A stretch of DNA of 64,000 nucleotides from Auanema rhodensis (lineage: Eukaryota; Animalia; Nematoda): assembly GCA_964057225.1 (NCBI GenBank), contig OZ059899.1, forward strand, positions 20,460,001 through 20,524,000, read 5' to 3'. A program made the translations under genes and the position numbers. The notes under the pieces were generated by a model. The model worked only from the letters and a program-made list of their open reading frames with translations, had not been told where the DNA came from and did not search any database. Below are positions 14,950-23,838 of the stretch, in pieces (position 1 is the first letter of the stretch; each line of letters begins with the position of its first letter).

Positions 14950-17900
14950 ATCTAACATGAAATATTTTTTCGTTTTGAAAAGCATTGAATATCATTGTTC
15001 CTTGTAATATTGGATTTGAATATTGCTTTGTTAGCTTTATGATTTTTGCTACTGTATAGCTTCAGTTTGCTGCTCTAGCTGGTTTTCAATTTTTATGAGA
15101 TTTTTCATCATCTTACAACAAATTCATTTGAATCTAACATGAACTATTTTTTCGTTTTAAAAAGCATTGAATTTCTATGTTTCTTGTAATATTGGATTTG
15201 AATATTGCTTTGTTTGCTTTAAGATTTTTGCTACTACATGCCCTGTGTTTACTGCTCTAGCTAGTTTTCAATTTTTATGAGATTTTTCATCATCTTACAA
15301 CAAATTCATTTGAATCTCATGTGAATTATTTTTTTTTTTTAAAAAGCATTGAATTTCATTGTTTCTTGTAATGATGGATTTGAATATTGCTTTGTTAGCT
15401 TTATGATTTTTGCTACTGTATAGCTTCAGTTTGCTGCTCTAGCTGGTTTTCAATTTTTATGAGATTTTTCATCATCTTACAACAAATTCAATTGAATCTA
15501 ACATGAAATATTTTTTCGTTTTGAAAAGCATTGAATATCATTGTTCCTTGTAATATTGGATTTGAATATTGCTTTGTTAGCTTTAAGATGTTTGCTTATG
15601 CATAGCTTCAGTTTGCTGCTCTAGCTGGTTTTCAATTTTTATGAGATTTTTCATCATCTTACAACAAATTCAATTGAATCTAACATGAAATATTTTTTCG
15701 TTTTGAAAAGCATTGAATATCATTGTTCCTTGTAATATTGGATTTGAATATTGCTTTGTTAGCTTTAAGATGTTTGCTTATGCATAGCTTCAGTTTGCTG
15801 CTCTAGCTGGTTTTCAATTTTTATGAGATTTTTCATCATCTTACAACAAATTCATTTGAATCTAACATGAAATATTTTTTCGTTTTGAAAAGCATTGAAT
15901 ATCATTATTTCTTGTAATAATTGATTTGATTATTGCTTTGTTAGCTTTAAGATTTTTGCTACTGTATAGCTTCAGTTTGCTGCTTTAGCTGGTTTTCACT
16001 TTTTATTAGATTTTTCATAATCTTACAACAAATTCAATTGAATCTAAGATGAAATATTTTTTCGTTTTGAAAAGCATTGAATATCATTGTTTCTTGTAAT
16101 AATTGATTTGAATATTGCTTTGTTACCTTTAACATTTTTGCTTCTGCATAGCTTCAGTTTGCTGCTTTAGCTGGTTTTCACTTTTTATTAGATTTTTCAT
16201 AATCTTACAACAAATTCAATTGAATCTAAGATGAAATATTTTTTCGTTTTGAAAAGCATTGAATTTCTATGTTTCTTGTAATATTGGATTTGAATATTGC
16301 TTTGTTTGCTTTAAGATTTTTGCTACTACATGCCCTGTGTTTACTGCTCTAGCTAGTTTTCAATTTTTATGAGAATAATCGTCCTGTGACAACAAATTCA
16401 TTTGAATCTCATGTGAATTATTTTTTTTTTTAAAAAAGCATTGAATTTCATTGTTTCTTGTAATGATGGATTTGAATATTGCTTTGTTAGCTTTATGATT
16501 TTTGCTTCTGCATAGCTTCAGTTTGCTGCTTTAGCTGGTTTTCACTTTTTATTAGATTTTTCATAATCTCACAACAAATTCAATTGAATCTAAGATGAAT
16601 TATTTTTTCTTTTTAAAAAGCATTGAATATCATTATTTCTTGTAATAATTGATTTGAATATTGCTTCGTTTGTTTTAAGATTTTGCTTCTGCATAGCTTC
16701 AGTTTGCTGCTTTAGCTGGTTTTCACTTTTTATTAGATTTTTCATAATCTCACAACAAATTCAATTGAATCTAAGATGAATTATTTTTTCTTTTTAAAAA
16801 GCATTGAATATCATTATTTCTTGTAATAATTGATTTGAATATTGCTTCGTTTGTTTTAAGATTTTGCTACTGCATAGCTTCAGTTTGCTGCTCTAGCTAG
16901 TTTTCACTTTTTATTAGATTTTTCATAATCTTGCAACAAATTCATTTGAATCTAATATGAACTATTTTTTCGTTTCAAATAGTAGTGAATATCATTGTTC
17001 CTTGTAATATTGGATTTGAATATTGCTTTGTTAGCTTTAAGATGTTTGCTTATGCATAGCTTCAGTTTGCTGCTCTAGCTGGTTTTCAATTTTTATGAGA
17101 TTTTTCATCATCTTACAACAAATTCAATTGAATCTAACATGAAATATTTTTTCGTTTTGAAAAGCATTGAATATCATTGTTCCTTGTAATATTGGATTTG
17201 AATATTGCTTTGTTAGCTTTAAGATGTTTGCTTCTGCATAGCTTCAGTTTGCTGCTTTAGCTGGTTTTCAATTTTTATGAGATTTTTCATCATCTTACAA
17301 CAAATTCAATTGAATCTAACATGAAATATTTTTTCGTTTTGAAAAGCATTGAATATCATTGTTCCTTATAATATTGGATTTGAATATTGCTTCGTTAGTT
17401 TTAAGATGTTTGCTTATGCATAGCTTCAGTTTGCTGCTCTAGCTGGTTTTCAATTTTTATGAGATTTTTCATCATCTTACAACAAATTCAATTGAATCTA
17501 ACATGAAATATTTTTTCGTTTTGAAAAGCATTGAATATCATTGTTCCTTGTAATATTGGATTTGAATATTGCTTTGTTAGCTTTAAGATGTTTGCTACTG
17601 TATAGCTGCAGTTTGCTGCTCTAGCTGGTTTTCAATTTTTATGAGATTTTTCATCATCTTACAACAAATTCAATTGAATCTAACATGAATTATTTTTTCG
17701 TTTTGAAAAGCATTGAATATCATTGTTCCTTGTAATATTGGATTTGAATATTGATTTGTTAGCTTTAAGATGTTTGCTTATGCATAGCTTCAGTTTGCTG
17801 CTCTAGCTGGTTTTCACTTTTTATGAGATTTTTCATCATCTTACAACAAATTCAATTGAATCTAACATGAAATATTTTTTCGTTTTGAAAAGCATTGAAT

Positions 17901-20900
17901 ATCATTGTTCCTTATAATATTGGATTTGAATATTGCTTCGTTAGTTTTATGATTTTTGCTTCTGCATAGCTTCAGTTTGCTGCTTTAGCTGGTTTTCAAT
18001 TTTTATGAGATTTTTCATCATCTTACAACAAATTCAATTGAATCTAACATGAAATATTTTTTCGTTTTGAAAAGCATTGAATATCATTGTTCCTTGTAAT
18101 ATTGGATTTGAATATTGCTTTGTTAGCTTTAAGATGTTTGCTTATGCATAGCTTCAGTTTGCTGCTCTAGCTGGTTTTCAATTTTTATGAGATTTTTCAT
18201 CATCTTACAACAAATTCAATTGAATCTAACATGAAATATTTTTTCGTTTTGAAAAGCATTGAATATCATTGTTCCTTATAATATTGGATTTGAATATTGC
18301 TTCGTTAGTTTTATGATTTTTGCTTCTGCATAGCTTCAGTTTGCTGCTTTAGCTGGTTTTCAATTTTTATGAGATTTTTCATCATCTTACAACAAATTCA
18401 ATTGAATCTAACATGAAATATTTTTTCGTTTTGAAAAGCATTGAATATCATTGTTCCTTGTAATATTGGATTTGAATATTGCTTTGTTAGCTTTAAGATG
18501 TTTGCTTATGCATAGCTTCAGTTTGCTGCTCTAGCTGGTTTTCAATTTTTATGAGATTTTTCATCATCTTACAACAAATTCATTTGAATCTAACATGAAA
18601 TATTTTTTCGTTTTGAAAAGCATTGAATATCATTATTTCTTGTAATAATTGATTTGATTATTGCTTTGTTAGCTTTAAGATGTTTGCTTCTGCATAGCTT
18701 CAGTTTGCTGCTTTAGCTGGTTTTCAATTTTTATGAGATTTTTCATCATCTTACAACAAATTCAATTGAATCTAACATGAAATATTTTTTCGTTTTGAAA
18801 AGCATTGAATATCATTGTTCCTTATAATATTGGATTTGAATATTGCTTCGTTAGTTTTAAGATGTTTGCTTATGCATAGCTTCAGTTTGCTGCTCTAGCT
18901 GGTTTTCAATTTTTATGAGATTTTTCATCATCTTACAACAAATTCAATTGAATCTAACATGAAATATTTTTTCGTTTTGAAAAGCATTGAATATCATTGT
19001 TCCTTGTAATATTGGATTTGAATATTGCTTTGTTAGCTTTAAGATGTTTGCTACTGTATAGCTGCAGTTTGCTGCTCTAGCTGGTTTTCAATTTTTATGA
19101 GATTTTTCATCATCTTACAACAAATTCAATTGAATCTAACATGAATTATTTTTTCGTTTTGAAAAGCATTGAATATCATTGTTCCTTGTAATATTGGATT
19201 TGAATATTGATTTGTTAGCTTTAAGATGTTTGCTTATGCATAGCTTCAGTTTGCTGCTCTAGCTGGTTTTCACTTTTTATGAGATTTTTCATCATCTTAC
19301 AACAAATTCAATTGAATCTAACATGAAATATTTTTTCGTTTTGAAAAGCATTGAATATCATTGTTCCTTATAATATTGGATTTGAATATTGCTTCGTTAG
19401 TTTTATGATTTTTGCTTCTGCATAGCTTCAGTTTGCTGCTTTAGCTGGTTTTCAATTTTTATGAGATTTTTCATCATCTTACAACAAATTCAATTGAATC
19501 TAACATGAAATATTTTTTCGTTTTGAAAAGCATTGAATATCATTGTTCCTTGTAATATTGGATTTGAATATTGCTTTGTTAGCTTTAAGATGTTTGCTTA
19601 TGCATAGCTTCAGTTTGCTGCTCTAGCTGGTTTTCAATTTTTATGAGATTTTTCATCATCTTACAACAAATTCAATTGAATCTAACATGAAATATTTTTT
19701 CGTTTTGAAAAGCATTGAATATCATTGTTCCTTATAATATTGGATTTGAATATTGCTTCGTTAGTTTTATGATTTTTGCTTCTGCATAGCTTCAGTTTGC
19801 TGCTTTAGCTGGTTTTCAATTTTTATGAGATTTTTCATCATCTTACAACAAATTCAATTGAATCTAACATGAAATATTTTTTCGTTTTGAAAAGCATTGA
19901 ATATCATTGTTCCTTGTAATATTGGATTTGAATATTGCTTTGTTAGCTTTAAGATGTTTGCTTATGCATAGCTTCAGTTTGCTGCTCTAGCTGGTTTTCA
20001 ATTTTTATGAGATTTTTCATCATCTTACAACAAATTCAATTGAATCTAACATGAAATATTTTTTCGTTTTGAAAAGCATTGAATATCATTGTTCCTTGTA
20101 ATATTGGATTTGAATATTGCTTTGTTAGCTTTATGATTTTTGCTACTGTATAGCTTCAGTTTGCTGCTCTAGCTGGTTTTCAATTTTTATGAGATTTTTC
20201 ATCATCTTACAACAAATTCATTTGAATCTAACATGAAATATTTTTTCGTTTTGAAAAGCATTGAATATCATTGTTCCTTGTAATATTGGATTTGAATATT
20301 GCTTTGTTAGCTTTATGATTTTTGCTACTGTATAGCTTCAGTTTGCTGCTCTAGCTGGTTTTCAATTTTCATGAGATTTTTCATCATCTTACAACAAATT
20401 CATTTGAATCTAACATGAACTATTTTTTCGTTTTAAAAAGCATTGAATTTCTATGTTTCTTGTAATATTGGATTTGAATATTGCTTTGTTTGCTTTAAGA
20501 TTTTTGCTACTACATGCCCTGTGTTTACTGCTCTAGCTAGTTTTCAATTTTTATGAGATTTTTCATCATCTTACAACAAATTCATTTGAATCTCATGTGA
20601 ATTATTTTTTTTTTTTAAAAAGCATTGAATTTCATTGTTTCTTGTAATGATGGATTTGAATATTGCTTTGTTAGCTTTATGATTTTTGCTACTGTATAGC
20701 TTCAGTTTGCTGCTCTAGCTGGTTTTCAATTTTTATGAGATTTTTCATCATCTTACAACAAATTCAATTGAATCTAACATGAAATATTTTTTCGTTTTGA
20801 AAAGCATTGAATATCATTGTTCCTTGTAATATTGGATTTGAATATTGCTTTGTTAGCTTTAAGATGTTTGCTTATGCATAGCTTCAGTTTGCTGCTCTAG

Positions 20901-22090
20901 CTGGTTTTCAATTTTTATGAGATTTTTCATCATCTTACAACAAATTCAATTGAATCTAACATGAAATATTTTTTCGTTTTGAAAAGCATTGAATATCATT
21001 GTTCCTTGTAATATTGGATTTGAATATTGCTTTGTTAGCTTTAAGATGTTTGCTTATGCATAGCTTCAGTTTGCTGCTCTAGCTGGTTTTCAATTTTTAT
21101 GAGATTTTTCATCATCTTACAACAAATTCATTTGAATCTAACATGAAATATTTTTTCGTTTTGAAAAGCATTGAATATCATTATTTCTTGTAATAATTGA
21201 TTTGATTATTGCTTTGTTAGCTTTAAGATTTTTGCTACTGTATAGCTTCAGTTTGCTGCTTTAGCTGGTTTTCACTTTTTATTAGATTTTTCATAATCTT
21301 ACAACAAATTCAATTGAATCTAAGATGAAATATTTTTTCGTTTTGAAAAGCATTGAATATCATTGTTTCTTGTAATAATTGATTTGAATATTGCTTTGTT
21401 ACCTTTAACATTTTTGCTTCTGCATAGCTTCAGTTTGCTGCTTTAGCTGGTTTTCACTTTTTATTAGATTTTTCATAATCTTACAACAAATTCAATTGAA
21501 TCTAAGATGAAATATTTTTTCGTTTTGAAAAGCATTGAATTTCTATGTTTCTTGTAATATTGGATTTGAATATTGCTTTGTTTGCTTTAAGATTTTTGCT
21601 ACTACATGCCCTGTGTTTACTGCTCTAGCTAGTTTTCAATTTTTATGAGAATAATCGTCCTGTGACAACAAATTCATTTGAATCTCATGTGAATTATTTT
21701 TTTTTTTAAAAAAGCATTGAATTTCATTGTTTCTTGTAATGATGGATTTGAATATTGCTTTGTTAGCTTTATGATTTTTGCTTCTGCATAGCTTCAGTTT
21801 GCTGCTTTAGCTGGTTTTCACTTTTTATTAGATTTTTCATAATCTCACAACAAATTCAATTGAATCTAAGATGAATTATTTTTTCTTTTTAAAAAGCATT
21901 GAATATCATTATTTCTTGTAATAATTGATTTGAATATTGCTTCGTTTGTTTTAAGATTTTGCTACTGCATAGCTTCAGTTTGCTGCTCTAGCTAGTTTTC
22001 AATTTTTATTAGATTTTTCATAATCTTGCAACAAATTCATTTGAATCTAATATGAACTATTTTTTCGTTTCAAATAGTAGTGAATATCAT
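14950..22090 (+). repeat. Segmental duplication: about 14950-16990 is repeated at about 20230-22090 (offset 5.1-5.3 kb, 28-29 monomers)
   Basis: GAGAATAATCGTCCTGTGAC at 16371/21647, the T12A5 variant at about 15321/20597 and the GAACTA...TTCTATG monomer at 15141/20417 all have offset 5276 (29x182-2). TTGCAACAAA...CAAATAGTAG at about 16931/22026 has offset 5095. Confidence 0.88.
17220..20040 (+). repeat. 8-monomer (1456-bp) tandem duplication
   Basis: The private variant TATTGATTTG occurs at about 17751 and 19207, and neighbouring monomer types repeat in the same order. Confidence 0.82.
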
Positions 22091-23219
22091 TGTTTCTTGT
22101 AATATTGGATTGAATATTACTTTGATAGTTATAAGATTTTTGCTACTACATGCCCTGTGTTTACTGCTCTAGCTAGTTTTCCATTTTTATGAGAATAATA
22201 GTCCTGTGACAACAAATTCATTTGAATCTAATATGAATTATTTTTTCTTTTTAAGAAGCATTGAATATCATTGTTTCTTGTAATGATGGATTTGAATATT
22301 GCTTCGTTAGCTTTATGATTTTTGCTACTACATGCCCTGTGTTTACTGCTCTAGCTGGTTTTCCATTTTTATTAGATTTTTCATCATCTTGCTACAAATT
22401 CATTTGAATCTAATATGAACTATTTTTTCGTTTAGTAGTGAGTATCATTGTTTCTTGTAATATTGGATTTGATTATTGCTTTGTTAGCTTTAAAATTTTT
22501 GCTACTACATGTCCTGTGTTTACTGCTCTAGCTGGTTTTCACTTTTTATGAGATTTTTCATCATCTTACAAGAAATTCATTTAAATCTAACATGAATTGT
22601 TTTTTCGTTTTAAAAAGCATTGAATTTCATTGTTTCTGGTAATATTGGATTTGATTATTGCTTTGTTAGCTTTAAAATTTTTGCTACTACATGTCCTGTG
22701 TTTACTGCTCTAGCTGGTTTTCACTTTTTATGAGATTTTTCATCATTTTACAACAAATTCATTTAAATCTAACATGAATTGTTTTTTTCGTTTTAAAAAG
22801 CATTGAATTTCATTGTTTCTGGTAATATTGGATTTGATTATTGCTTCGTTTGTTTTAAGATTTTGCTTCTGCATAGCTTCAGTGCTCTAGCTGGTTTTCC
22901 ATTTTTATGAGATTTTTCATCATCTTACAAGAAATTCAATTGAATCTAACATGAATTATTTTTTCGTTTTAAAAAGCATTGAATTTCATTGCTTCTTGTA
23001 ATATTGGATTTGATTATTGCTTTGTTAGCTTTAAGATTTTTGCTACTACATGTGCTGTGTTTACTGCTCTAGCTGGTTTTCACTTTTTATGAGATTTTTC
23101 ATCATCTTACAACAAATTCATTTAAATATAACATGAATTATTTTTTCGTTTGAAAAAGCATTGAATTTCATTGTTTCTTGTAATATTGGATTTGATTATT
23201 GCTTCGTATTGCTTTGTTT

Positions 23220-23236
23220 ATTTCTCTTATTTTTAT
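23220..23236. other. 17-bp non-satellite filler (ATTTCTCTTATTTTTAT) at the inversion breakpoint
   Basis: The forward monomer match ends at ...GCTTTGTTT (23219) and the reverse-complement match starts at TACTATTTGAAACG (23237). The bases between fit neither orientation by eye. Confidence 0.75.
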
Positions 23237-23636
23237 TACTATTTGAAACGAAAAAATAGTTCATATTAGATTCAAATGAATTTGTTGCAAGATGATGAAA
23301 AATCTCATAAAAATGGAAAACCAGCTAGAGCACTGAAGCTATGCAGAAGCAAAATCTTAAAACAAACGAAGCAATAATCAAATCCAATATTACAAGAAAC
23401 AATGAAATTCAATGCTTTTTAAAACGAAAAAATAATTCATATTAGATTCAATTGAATTTCTTGTAAGATGATGAAAAATCTCATAAAAATGGAAAACCAG
23501 CTAGAGCACTGAAGCTATGCAAAAGCAAAATCTTAAAACAAACGAAGTAATAATCAAATCCAATATTACAAGAAACAATGAAATTCAATGCTTTTTAAAA
23601 CGAAAAAATAATTCATGTTAGATTTAAATGAATTTG
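23237..23636 (-). repeat. Inverted block of the 182-bp family, about 2.3 copies of a 176-bp deletion variant
   Basis: Reverse complement of the left satellite (e.g. AAGATGATGAAAAATCTCATAAAAAT). CCAGCTAGAG occurs at 23321 and 23497, a period of 176. It carries a 5-bp deletion (CAGTGCTCTAG vs CAGTTTGCTGCTCTAG) and a 1-bp deletion (AAGATTTTGC). Confidence 0.97.
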
Positions 23637-23638
23637 GT

Positions 23639-23666
23639 ATGTTGAGTTTCCATGTACACTCAACAT
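23639..23666. other. Dyad A of the 351-bp monomer (first copy): ATGTTGAGT-N10-ACTCAACAT
   Basis: Perfect 9-bp inverted repeat read directly from the sequence. It is present in most monomers; some variants shorten or extend the stem. Confidence 0.9.
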
Positions 23667-23816
23667 TGCTTCCAAAAACATTTTGACAAAAATTTTTCCG
23701 AAAAATTTCGAAAAAATTTCGCGAAAAGTAGATGTTTTTAGATTCCTTTTTCCAAGGCAAAGACGATGGACAATGTTATTCAACGAAAAAATTATTTCTG
23801 CAGGGTGAAAATCGAG

Positions 23817-23838
23817 GATATAAGTGTGAACTTATATC
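23817..23838. other. Dyad B of the 351-bp monomer (first copy): GATATAAGT-GTGA-ACTTATATC
   Basis: Perfect 9-bp inverted repeat with a 4-nt loop. It is intact in all monomers I read except those at about 39962 and 42068. Confidence 0.9.

Larger units (their letters stand above)
1..23219 (+). repeat. Tandem satellite array, 182-bp monomer, about 127.5 copies, open at the left window edge
   Basis: ATCATCTTACAACAAATTC recurs at 1, 183, 365, 911, 1821 ... and the 182-bp phase is still exact at 16381 (1+90x182). Copies differ mainly by substitutions at recurring polymorphic sites. No ORF of 60 aa or more is listed in this region. Confidence 0.99.

Noticed and set aside
23566-23760. 64-aa ORF spanning the junction
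   Set aside because: Chance read-through across two satellite fragments, with low-complexity F/K/N composition.
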